Assembly: GCA_027334715.1 (NCBI GenBank)
Contig: DAHWUG010000001.1
Span: 15,324-79,323 of the forward strand
Direction: 5' to 3'
DNA: 64,000 nt
Source of the DNA: Nanobdellota archaeon
GTDB lineage: Archaea; Nanobdellota; Nanobdellia; Pacearchaeales; GW2011-AR1
Shown here: piece after piece, positions 1-8,624 of the stretch
Layout: every line of letters starts with the position of its first letter
Position numbering within the stretch: position 1 is the first letter of the stretch
Translations under genes and position numbers: made by a program
Notes under the pieces: model-generated
Database searches by the model: none
Told to the model about the DNA's origin: nothing
Seen by the model: the letters and a program-made list of their open reading frames with translations, nothing else

Positions 1-215
1 TTTATGAAATCAGAGACAGTTTTTCTTTCTATTGCGACCCCCGCAACAATATAATCTGCAACTTTTAACTCTTTAATATCAGAATCAACACCAAGAGATA
101 CGAGCTCGGGAATAATAAGAGAACTTTTTTCCCTATAATCTGCCTGTATTCTTGGCCTTTCAGCTATTTTTTCTTTCTGTGTATTTTTCAGGAAAATGTT
201 GAATATTTCTTTCAT
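1..215 (-). CDS. ERCC4/XPF-family nuclease (Hef nuclease moiety), partial, runs off window edge
   Basis: Not in ORF track. Manual translation from ATG at 215: MKEIFNIF...RIQADYREKSS...LKVADYIVAGVAIERKTVSDFI, which contains the ERCC4 DY..ERK motif. Directly downstream of the Hef helicase. Confidence 0.85.
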   Translation of the reverse strand, partial: MKEIFNIFLKNTQKEKIAERPRIQADYREKSSLIIPELVSLGVDSDIKELKVADYIVAGVAIERKTVSDFI

Positions 216-222
216 TTTTTGT

Positions 223-1782
223 TTATTTCAATGTTTTCTGGAAATTCAACTTATTTTTTTCATTCAGGCCTTTGCGCACAGAGTCTATTGCAGTGTCCAT
301 TTTTTTTTCCTTTGCCCTTGAACTATAAAAATAAGCCTCATCCCTTGTTTTGCTTGTTATAAGCATTATAACTTTTCCTTTCATTAGTCTTGCTGTTCTT
401 CCTGCTCTTTGGATAGCCCTTATTGCAGACGGAACAGGTTCATAAAAAATAACAACATTAACCTCTGGAATGTCAAGACCTTCTTCACCTATGCTTGTTG
501 CACAGATTACATTAATTTTTCTCTCTGAAAAGTCTTCTATTATTTTTTTCTGCTCTTTCTGGGTTAATCCCGATACCCCCTCCTTGCTAATTTTTTTTGC
601 CTGTCCAACAAAAACTTTGGCCTTTACTTCAGAAATACTATTCAATGTTTTGCAAAGTATTTTCGCTGTTTCTCTGAACTGGGAGAAAACAATTATTTTG
701 GCTTTCTCATTTTCCCTGAACTCTTTCTCGACAATTTCCCGAAGAGCATGGATTTTTGGATGCTCCTGGTTTTTAGTCAGGAGCTCTTCAGAATTAATTA
801 AGGCAAAATTAAACTCTGGTTTTGAAACAAGTCTCATTACTCCTTTATTCTCTTTTTTTGCAGCCTGACTGTAAAGTTCTTTCATGTATTTGTTAAATCC
901 ATACATTGTCTGTGTTTCCAAAAGCTCCATAGCATGCTGAAGCTTTACTGCCTGTGCACATGCACTTGAAGCCAAAAGTGTATTGAAATTCTTGTTTCCC
1001 TGGGAAATCATGAACATTAACTTTTTCTGGAGTTTTATCAGCTCTGTTTTTGTAGGAAACCCGAAAAAAACTTTCCTGTTTCTCAGCTCATCAATATATG
1101 AATGGAAAAGCCTGAGAAGAGATGCGTTTATTTCCTGAAATTTTTTAGGCAAATCGAGAATTACCTTTTCAAACTCAAGCTCCTGAAGGTACGGGGCAAC
1201 ATCTTGACTGTGCCTGTTTCTCAGCTCAACTTCTTCTATTGAAAGATTTTTGCAAATGTCCCTTATTTTCTGAGCTTCGCTTCCTGGAGAAGCTGTTAAT
1301 CCAAGGATTCTTGGATTTTTTGCGGTTTCCATATATTTTCTTGCCAGATAATTATAAGAATAATTTTGAACGCATCTGTGCGCTTCATCTTCTATAAGAA
1401 GGCAGACATTTTCCAAATCATAAAGACTTTTGCTTACATCGTTTGCGACACATTGGGGAGTTGAGAAAATGATATCTGCATAACCCCAAATTTTCTGCCT
1501 GTTTTCGGGAGAGATTTCTCCGGTGAACAGCTCAAGAGAACCAAAAAGCTCAGGGAGATTGCTTTTAAAATATAAAAGATGCTGCTCTGCAAGAGGTTTT
1601 GTGGGAGCAAGAAAAACAACTTTTTCCCCCGGAAATTTTTTTATCCTTTCAATTGAAAGCATCAATGCAATAAGTGTTTTTCCAAGACCAGTAGGAAGGA
1701 CAACTAAGCAATTTTTTTTAACGCAAGTCTCAAAAATCTTTTGCTGATACTCCCTCGGTGAGACATTAGATAAAAATTCCAT
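223..1782 (-). CDS. hef: Hef/FANCM-like SF2 DEAH helicase (helicase moiety only)
   Basis: Motifs PTGLGKT, DEAH, TAS, EEGLDIP, QRAGRTAR. Confidence 0.9.
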   Translation of the reverse strand: MEFLSNVSPREYQQKIFETCVKKNCLVVLPTGLGKTLIALMLSIERIKKFPGEKVVFLAPTKPLAEQHLLYFKSNLPELFGSLELFTGEISPENRQKIWGYADIIFSTPQCVANDVSKSLYDLENVCLLIEDEAHRCVQNYSYNYLARKYMETAKNPRILGLTASPGSEAQKIRDICKNLSIEEVELRNRHSQDVAPYLQELEFEKVILDLPKKFQEINASLLRLFHSYIDELRNRKVFFGFPTKTELIKLQKKLMFMISQGNKNFNTLLASSACAQAVKLQHAMELLETQTMYGFNKYMKELYSQAAKKENKGVMRLVSKPEFNFALINSEELLTKNQEHPKIHALREIVEKEFRENEKAKIIVFSQFRETAKILCKTLNSISEVKAKVFVGQAKKISKEGVSGLTQKEQKKIIEDFSERKINVICATSIGEEGLDIPEVNVVIFYEPVPSAIRAIQRAGRTARLMKGKVIMLITSKTRDEAYFYSSRAKEKKMDTAIDSVRKGLNEKNKLNFQKTLK

Positions 1783-1827
1783 TTTGAGAAAGAGAATTCA
1801 GCCGTTAAATACTTTATTAACCAAAAA

Positions 1828-2451
1828 TTAAGTCAAGAAGAATACATAGCCAATACCAATCAAGACAAGCGTTGCAAGGAAGCTCCACAATACTGTATTT
1901 CCAAAGAAAATCTTGTTTCCATCAAGGTCTGAAAATGGAAGAATGTTGAAGAAAGCATAGAATACGCTTAACCTTGCAAATGTCGAAAATCCAGTTAGAT
2001 AACCAACAACAGCTGCCACAATAGTTATGAAAATGCCAGCTGCAGCAATTAATCCTATATGATATTCTGTCATTTCAGAAAAAGAATACAGTCCATGTCT
2101 TTTTGCTGCCCTTGAAACCTTTGGCTTTACATCAAAGACAGTTATAGCCATCCAAAAGATGTTTCCGAGCGTTATTACTGAAATTACTATTGGAAGAATT
2201 ATTCCCAAAGGTATATTCATGTAAGAAAATTCCCCCTTTCTATATCCTGATTTTTGGAAAGTCCATATTTTTGTCTCTGCCTCAGAATCAAGATAGTAAG
2301 CTGCAATCTTTTTTGCAGCAACATTCAGCAAAATTATGACAAAAACAGCTAGGAGAATCTCAAGAAGTGACTGAAATTTCAAAAAGTTTATTGTAACAGC
2401 AAGAACTACTGTAGCAAGAATGATTGTTCCGATTTCTCTCTTTCCTAACAT
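1828..2451 (-). CDS. Site-2 protease (M50)-like membrane protein lacking HExxH
   Basis: Multiple TM segments, AAAG and FNILPFSDLDG motifs. Start moved to ATG at 2451. Confidence 0.65.
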   Translation of the reverse strand: MLGKREIGTIILATVVLAVTINFLKFQSLLEILLAVFVIILLNVAAKKIAAYYLDSEAETKIWTFQKSGYRKGEFSYMNIPLGIILPIVISVITLGNIFWMAITVFDVKPKVSRAAKRHGLYSFSEMTEYHIGLIAAAGIFITIVAAVVGYLTGFSTFARLSVFYAFFNILPFSDLDGNKIFFGNTVLWSFLATLVLIGIGYVFFLT

Positions 2452-2587
2452 AGTTATAACACGAAATATTTTCTTATAAAGTTTGTTATTTTGCATTTTT
2501 TTCGGGCTTTTTCCTGTTTTTTGACGAATTTTCTAATATACAGTAAAACGTAGAAAAGTATTTAAATAACTCTTATTAATTTTTTAT

Positions 2588-2881
2588 ATGCGAGTAAGAA
2601 AAATAACAGAGGTTATAGGCCTTAGGGCTTTCACAGATTCTGGTGAATTCTTTGGAGAAGTAGAAGAAGCAAACTTAAAAGATAACAGAATAGATGGTTG
2701 GAGGATAAAAGTTGGAGGAAATGTTGTTTCTTTGGTTGGCGGAGCAAGGGGGGTTATAATCCCGCATCAGTTTGTCAAAGCAATAAGCGACGTTTTCATC
2801 ATAAATAAGACAGCTATGCCTACTTCTGGCGGAATGGAATCTATGACAGAAGTAGAAGAAGTCCCTGAAGACTTGGTATAA
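2588..2881 (+). CDS. PRC-barrel domain protein (CdpB-like)
   Basis: EVIGLRAFTDSGEFFGEVEE...IIPHQFVKAISDVFII fits the PRC-barrel pattern. Confidence 0.8.
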   Translation: MRVRKITEVIGLRAFTDSGEFFGEVEEANLKDNRIDGWRIKVGGNVVSLVGGARGVIIPHQFVKAISDVFIINKTAMPTSGGMESMTEVEEVPEDLV

Positions 2882-3085
2882 TTCTTATGGAAAAAAAGAA
2901 TAAGACAAGAACTTAAGGGAAGATATTTTTTAATTAAACATTTCTTTTAATTGAGTAATCTGATTATTAACATGGCTTATTTAATGTTCTAACCACAAAA
3001 TTTTCTGCAAAACCATAAATATTTTTATCATAAAAATATTTAAATAGAGATCTTCACTTTATAACTTATAAGGATTTAATATTAA

Positions 3086-3577
3086 ATGACAACGACAACA
3101 ATACTACAAAGTTCTATTTTTACCGACTTTGCCTTTCCCTTCCTTTTAATATTCTTCATACTTTTCGGAATTCTTGAAAAGACAAAAGTTTTTGGTGACG
3201 ACAAACACACACTTAATGCGATGATTTCCTTTGTTGTCGGCCTGATTTTTGTGGCAGCTGTTTTTCCAAAGGTAATTGTTGGCAACCTGATACTTTTCCT
3301 TACTGTTGCAATTGTTGTTGTCTTCATAGCACTTTTGCTTTGGGGATTTATTTCCGGAGAAGCGCCCAAGGTTCCGGCAAAACTTCAGGCATTAATAGGA
3401 ATTGTGGTTGCAATCGCAGTTGTTATTGCCTTACTTTGGGCAATAGGGATTGCAACAAATATATTTGACTTTTTATTCAATTCAAGCTGGAGCTCAAGCT
3501 TTTGGACAAATTTTGCGTTTATTGCTGTCGTAATTATTGGAATGGCTGTTGCAATCGGTGGAAGCAAGAGTAAGTAA
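3086..3577 (+). CDS. Multi-pass membrane protein, paralog of next gene
   Basis: About 5 TM segments; PFLLIFFILFGILEKTKVFG...LNAMISFVVGL. Confidence 0.75.
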   Translation: MTTTTILQSSIFTDFAFPFLLIFFILFGILEKTKVFGDDKHTLNAMISFVVGLIFVAAVFPKVIVGNLILFLTVAIVVVFIALLLWGFISGEAPKVPAKLQALIGIVVAIAVVIALLWAIGIATNIFDFLFNSSWSSSFWTNFAFIAVVIIGMAVAIGGSKSK

Positions 3578-3645
3578 TAATACCCTAAACAATTTCTATA
3601 TCACATTCTAGAAAACTATTTAAATAAGATTTGATAAATTGTAAT

Positions 3646-4215
3646 ATGTTCGTTCATATTTTGAGCATGCAGTTTGCAGGTTTTTTCGGAGGTGATATCG
3701 GAAATCTTCTTGCTACAGCGGAACAAGCAGGAGTTTTCAGCTATGTACTGCCTTTCTTGTTAATTTTCGCGATTGTTTTTGGGATTTTGTCTAGAGTGAA
3801 TATTTTTGGTGAGAACAAAGGGCTTAATGCAGTCATTGCACTTGTTGTAGGACTTCTTTCATTGCAGTTCCAGCTTGTTCCTTTATTTTTCTCCCAAATA
3901 TTTCCAAATTTAGGAGTTGGTCTTTCCGTAATTTTGATTATGTTAATTTTACTAGGGCTATTTATGCCAGCAGATAAACCAAACTCAATGAATTACATCC
4001 TTCTTAGTGTAGCAGCAATAGTCTTTGTTATAATTGTTGCAAATTCATTTTCTAGCACAGGGTATTATGGATTTTCAGACATTATGTATTTTATTTATGC
4101 ACATTTGTCCGGAATAGTAATAACCCTTATAGTACTAATTGCAATAGGTGCTGTTATAGGTTCAAGCGGACCAAAAGCAAAACCATACACTGCAGTATAC
4201 CAAAAATCCCCATAA
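3646..4215 (+). CDS. Multi-pass membrane protein, paralog of previous gene
   Basis: PFLLIFAIVFGILSRVNIFG...LNAVIALVVGL; TATA-like tttaaata about 20 nt upstream of ATG 3646. Confidence 0.75.
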   Translation: MFVHILSMQFAGFFGGDIGNLLATAEQAGVFSYVLPFLLIFAIVFGILSRVNIFGENKGLNAVIALVVGLLSLQFQLVPLFFSQIFPNLGVGLSVILIMLILLGLFMPADKPNSMNYILLSVAAIVFVIIVANSFSSTGYYGFSDIMYFIYAHLSGIVITLIVLIAIGAVIGSSGPKAKPYTAVYQKSP

Positions 4216-4220
4216 ATTAA

Positions 4221-5087
4221 TTATCTTCTGGAAATTTTTCTTATTGTCTTTTTTGATTTTTGGACAAGAACATTGCCCTGGCTGTTTTTATTAGGGACTG
4301 TTTGCTGCGCAGGAATTTTCTGCCTGAATGCAGAAGTTTCTCTTTCCTCTGCCCTATCTGCAAGATTATTAACAACTTTCCCGAATGAATCCTGCATCAT
4401 CCCCATTTCTTTCTTTATTGATTCAAGACCATCACCATAACTTTCAACCTTGTCAAAAATTGATGCCTGAAGACTGTCAATTATACTCTCTATTTTTTTC
4501 AGCCTTTCTGAAATGTAATTAACTTTCGATTCCGTAAGAACTTTAAATTCATTCATTTCATCAATCTTTTTCTGTATTGGCTTATTTTTTTCCGAAAAAA
4601 CCTGTTCTGCAACTTCCATCATTGTGTCTGTATCAGGAGCTGCCATTGGCAGGTACCCGTAACTTTGTTGCGACTGCTCCTGCTGCATTTCAGGATACTG
4701 CTGATACTGCTGTTGCTGGGGGTAATAAACTTCTTGTGATCCATACATTTCTTCTCCGGGAATTTCCTTTGTTATCATTGCTGGCATAGTCATTACTGGT
4801 ATCCCATACCCTGTTCCTGGTTTTGGAGGAATAAGGTCTTCATCATTTATGTTTCCCTCTGTTGGAAGTCTGTCCGGTTCATCTTCATTGTCAAGAATTG
4901 AATGTTCCATTCCCTCTGTAGATTCATTTTGATTATCAATGCTTGAAACAGCACTTTTTATCTGTGCTCTGCTCATAGCGTCTGTAATATCTGCTGGGGA
5001 AGTACCTTGTTCTGTAAGCTTTTGAATTATGTCAGAATCAGAAACGCCCTTATTTTTTAATTCAACCACCTGGTCCAAAACACTCAT
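4221..5087 (-). CDS. Hypothetical protein: small helical N-domain, Pro/Gln linker, coiled coil
   Basis: 288-aa ORF with low-complexity linker and heptad-rich C-half; ggag RBS-like motif upstream. Confidence 0.75.
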   Translation of the reverse strand: MSVLDQVVELKNKGVSDSDIIQKLTEQGTSPADITDAMSRAQIKSAVSSIDNQNESTEGMEHSILDNEDEPDRLPTEGNINDEDLIPPKPGTGYGIPVMTMPAMITKEIPGEEMYGSQEVYYPQQQQYQQYPEMQQEQSQQSYGYLPMAAPDTDTMMEVAEQVFSEKNKPIQKKIDEMNEFKVLTESKVNYISERLKKIESIIDSLQASIFDKVESYGDGLESIKKEMGMMQDSFGKVVNNLADRAEERETSAFRQKIPAQQTVPNKNSQGNVLVQKSKKTIRKISRR

Positions 5088-5139
5088 TTTTGTTTTTATT
5101 CTCCTCTTTTTATTCTTTTTCCTATCTTCTATTATTTAA

Positions 5140-5484
5140 TTAGTCATTTAATTTTTTTAAATCTTTTTTTCTTACAAATTCCAAAGGCTGAAACATTTTT
5201 GCCTGTTTTGTAAGCAATTCAAGATCTTCTTTTCTGGCAAAATTTGAAAATTCGGCAGATGCACTTTCAAGAAATCCTACAAGCCTTTCCATATTTCTTT
5301 TTATTTCCCCTATCTCCTTTTTTATTTCAAGAATGTCCGAAGATGTTTTTTCCTTTGTTTCAATAAGATTCTGGCCTATAAGAAGGATTCTTTCCCTAAG
5401 CATTTTTTGCTTTTCTTCCATATCCCTGAAGCGCATGATTATATCTGCAAAAAAAGAATCATTATTTTGCTGGATTTCTGCCAT
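5140..5484 (-). CDS. Coiled-coil hypothetical protein
   Basis: Heptad-rich ORF; probable start MAEIQQ at 5484; divergent from the pilus ATPase. Confidence 0.7.
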   Translation of the reverse strand: MAEIQQNNDSFFADIIMRFRDMEEKQKMLRERILLIGQNLIETKEKTSSDILEIKKEIGEIKRNMERLVGFLESASAEFSNFARKEDLELLTKQAKMFQPLEFVRKKDLKKLND

Positions 5485-5582
5485 ATTTAGAAGAGCATGA
5501 AGCGGTTTAAATTTGTTGTGTTTACCGATATATTCATCTACAATATACAAAGAATTTTAAACATCTCAGGCTTTTTTTTGAA

Positions 5583-7865
5583 ATGGCTGAACAAGAGGCG
5601 AAAATAGGCAGTTATGAGTCAAAAAGAGAAGGTGGAGAGGACATTCTTTACATAAATTACCTTGGCGCCCCATTTGTGCCCAATATTGCCGACCTTCCCG
5701 ATGTTATGGCAAAAACAATTGATGCACTTATAGAAAATCCAAATGTTTCAAGAGTTGTTTTTGTCCAGCAGAAGAATTACAATTATAATCTGGAAGAGAC
5801 ATCAATGCTTCTTGAAATTGCGCAGCTTTACAATTACTTTTCAAAGCAAGAAAGACTGCTTTCCAGAGAAAAAATAGGCGGGGTCGAACAATTTTTCCCG
5901 CAAAGATATAATGAGCTTTTTACTTTCATCATGATGCTAAAGCAGGACCCACTTGCAGCTTATTTTGAAATGAAAAAAATCCTGATAAATGCAAGAATAC
6001 TCCTCGATAACATAGGAACAAGGTATAAAATTGACCAGGCAGGATACATAAGCCTTATTGAAAGAATCGTTTCCCTGCTTGAGAACACTGTTTTGATACA
6101 AAAAGCAATGCCCTGGCTTTCTGATTACAGAAAAGGAGACAGGGAAATCTATGGAAGAATTTTCAGCCCTGATGTAATCCCTAATTTTACATTCACAAGA
6201 CTTATTTCTGATCTGCCTGAAGATGCAGAGATTGTTGACCAGTATGAAATTTCCGGAGATGGTTATGATGTTTCATTGGTAACTATTCTGAAGAAAATAG
6301 ATGAGTCAAAATTAATTTATCATGTGATTCCCCCAGAAAATACCTTAAGCGAAGATCATTCCGACTTATTGAACACTGCAAGAAAGGTTCTTATTGAGCA
6401 TCAGCCAAAAGCAGAAGAATTTACAGACACAGAAAGGACAAGGCAGGTTTTTTTCAATATCTCAAAAGATCTGCTTCAGGACTTAAGTCAAAGCAAGAAA
6501 ATAAATGTAAATTATTCTGACTTGAACAAGCTTGCAACAATTCTTGTCAGGCATACAATTGGATTCGGATTGATTGAGGTTTTGCTTCAGGATAAGAAAT
6601 TGCAGGATATCTCATTAAATGCGCCGATTTCAATGACTCCTATTTTTGTAAGGCATCAGGATTATGATGAATGCATTTCAAACATTTTGCCAAGCCAGGA
6701 AGATACTGACTCATGGGCTGCAAAGTTTAGGCTTGTTTCAGGAAGGCCCTTAGACGAGGCAAATCCAATACTTGACACCCAGCTTGAGATAGGGAAGATA
6801 AGGGCAAGAATTGCAATAATACAGAGGCCATTGAGCCCTGATGGACTGGCTTATGCAATAAGACGTCACAGAGAAGAACCATGGACACTTCCTCTTTTTG
6901 TTCAAAACAAGATGATGAACTCTTTTACAGCAGGTCTTATGAGCTTTTTAATTGACGGTTCAAGGACAATGCTTATTGCAGGAACGAGGAGCAGCGGAAA
7001 AACAAGTATACTTGGCAGTTTAATGTTGGAGATAATACCAAAATATAGGATTATTGTAATTGAGGATTCTCTGGAACTTCCTGTTGAATCACTAAAAGAC
7101 TTGAAATATGATATCTTGAGAATGAAAGTAAGAAGCGCATTGTTAAAAACAACAACAGAAGTTTCTGCAGATGATGGAATCAGGACAAGTCTAAGACTTG
7201 GGGACAGCTGTCTGATAATTGGAGAAGTAAGGAGTTTGGAAGCACAAGCACTTTATGAAGCAATGCGTGTAGGTGCTTTGGCAAATGTTGTCGCAGGTAC
7301 AATTCACGGTGCAAGTCCCTATGCTGTTTTTGACAGGGTTGTAAATGACCTTAATGTTCCAACAACTAGCTTTAAGGCAACAGATATAATAGCTGTTGCA
7401 AATCCGATAAAAACTCCTGATGGTTTGCACCAGTTCAAGAGGCTTGTGCAACTTTCTGAAGTAAGAAAAGAATGGAACAAAGACCCTCTTGATGAAAAAG
7501 GATTTGTTGATTTACTTAAATACAATGTAGAAAAAGACGAGCTGGAGCCGACAGAGGACTTGATAAACGGCGACAGCGAAATTGTCAAGGACATTGCCTC
7601 AAATGTTAAAGGATGGGCTGGAAACTGGGATGCTGTTTATGACAATATTCTTTTGAGGGCAAAAATCAAGCAGGAGATAGTTGATGTTGCAGAAAAAACA
7701 AAAAATTATAAAATTTTGGAAGCTGGCTTTAACACAGAAGCAAATCATGCATTTCACAGAATTTCAGATGAAATCAGAGAGGAAATTGGACTGCCTTTGG
7801 GAGAAAGGGTTTTTTCAGATTGGCAGAAATGGCTAAATCAAAAAGTTAAAGGGAAGAAAATCTAA
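5583..7865 (+). CDS. Type IV pilus/archaellum-family assembly ATPase (VirB11/CpaF/ArlI-like)
   Basis: Walker A GTRSSGKTS, IEDSLEL Asp box, Walker B LIIGEVR, TIH His box. Confidence 0.9.
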   Translation: MAEQEAKIGSYESKREGGEDILYINYLGAPFVPNIADLPDVMAKTIDALIENPNVSRVVFVQQKNYNYNLEETSMLLEIAQLYNYFSKQERLLSREKIGGVEQFFPQRYNELFTFIMMLKQDPLAAYFEMKKILINARILLDNIGTRYKIDQAGYISLIERIVSLLENTVLIQKAMPWLSDYRKGDREIYGRIFSPDVIPNFTFTRLISDLPEDAEIVDQYEISGDGYDVSLVTILKKIDESKLIYHVIPPENTLSEDHSDLLNTARKVLIEHQPKAEEFTDTERTRQVFFNISKDLLQDLSQSKKINVNYSDLNKLATILVRHTIGFGLIEVLLQDKKLQDISLNAPISMTPIFVRHQDYDECISNILPSQEDTDSWAAKFRLVSGRPLDEANPILDTQLEIGKIRARIAIIQRPLSPDGLAYAIRRHREEPWTLPLFVQNKMMNSFTAGLMSFLIDGSRTMLIAGTRSSGKTSILGSLMLEIIPKYRIIVIEDSLELPVESLKDLKYDILRMKVRSALLKTTTEVSADDGIRTSLRLGDSCLIIGEVRSLEAQALYEAMRVGALANVVAGTIHGASPYAVFDRVVNDLNVPTTSFKATDIIAVANPIKTPDGLHQFKRLVQLSEVRKEWNKDPLDEKGFVDLLKYNVEKDELEPTEDLINGDSEIVKDIASNVKGWAGNWDAVYDNILLRAKIKQEIVDVAEKTKNYKILEAGFNTEANHAFHRISDEIREEIGLPLGERVFSDWQKWLNQKVKGKKI

Positions 7866-7866
7866 A

Positions 7867-8571
7867 ATGAAAGGCCAACATTCTGAATTAGTCAAAGAGC
7901 ATTTTGATATTAAATACAAAGGTTATGACAAATTAATAAAAAAGCTCATTCCTAATTATGAAAGAATGCATAGCTTAATACTAAAAAACTTGCGTTTTAA
8001 TAAAGGTATAAAAATTAAAGTTCTTGACTTAGGTATTGGAACCGGAAAAACTTCTTTGGAAATTTTTTTAAAATTTCCAAATGCTAAAATTGATGGTGTG
8101 GATATTTCTAAAAACATGATTAAACAAGGCAAGCAAAGACTTAGAAATTATCTTTCTAGGCTGAGTTTTATAGAACAAGATGTAGCAAAGCTTAGTTTAC
8201 AGGGGAAGTATGATACTGCTGTTTCTGTATTATGCATACATCACCTAAATTCCAAACAAAAACAGATATTATTTTCTAAAGTTTTTGATTTATTAAAGTG
8301 GAATGGAATATTTATTATAGCTGACATCGTAAAATTTGATTCCAAAAAAGAAACAGCAAAAAATGAAAGTAAATGGAAACATTTTTTAATAAAAAATTTA
8401 GGGAAAAAAGAAGGGCAATATTGGTTTGATAATTACCTTGAAGAAGACTTGCCAAGCTCTGTTCGAAACCAATTAACATGGCTAAAAAAAGCTTATTTTA
8501 AAGAAGAGAAAGAAATTTTTGAACATATGAATTATTCAGTATTTTACGGAAAGAAAACTATAAACTTCTAA
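7867..8571 (+). CDS. Class I SAM-dependent methyltransferase
   Basis: VLDLGIGTG, GVDISKNM, LCIHHL, GIFIIAD motifs. Confidence 0.88.
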   Translation: MKGQHSELVKEHFDIKYKGYDKLIKKLIPNYERMHSLILKNLRFNKGIKIKVLDLGIGTGKTSLEIFLKFPNAKIDGVDISKNMIKQGKQRLRNYLSRLSFIEQDVAKLSLQGKYDTAVSVLCIHHLNSKQKQILFSKVFDLLKWNGIFIIADIVKFDSKKETAKNESKWKHFLIKNLGKKEGQYWFDNYLEEDLPSSVRNQLTWLKKAYFKEEKEIFEHMNYSVFYGKKTINF

Positions 8572-8624
8572 AGATTTATTAATTGTTTTTAATTATAGAT
8601 ATCATTGATAAAAAGTGGTGAAAA

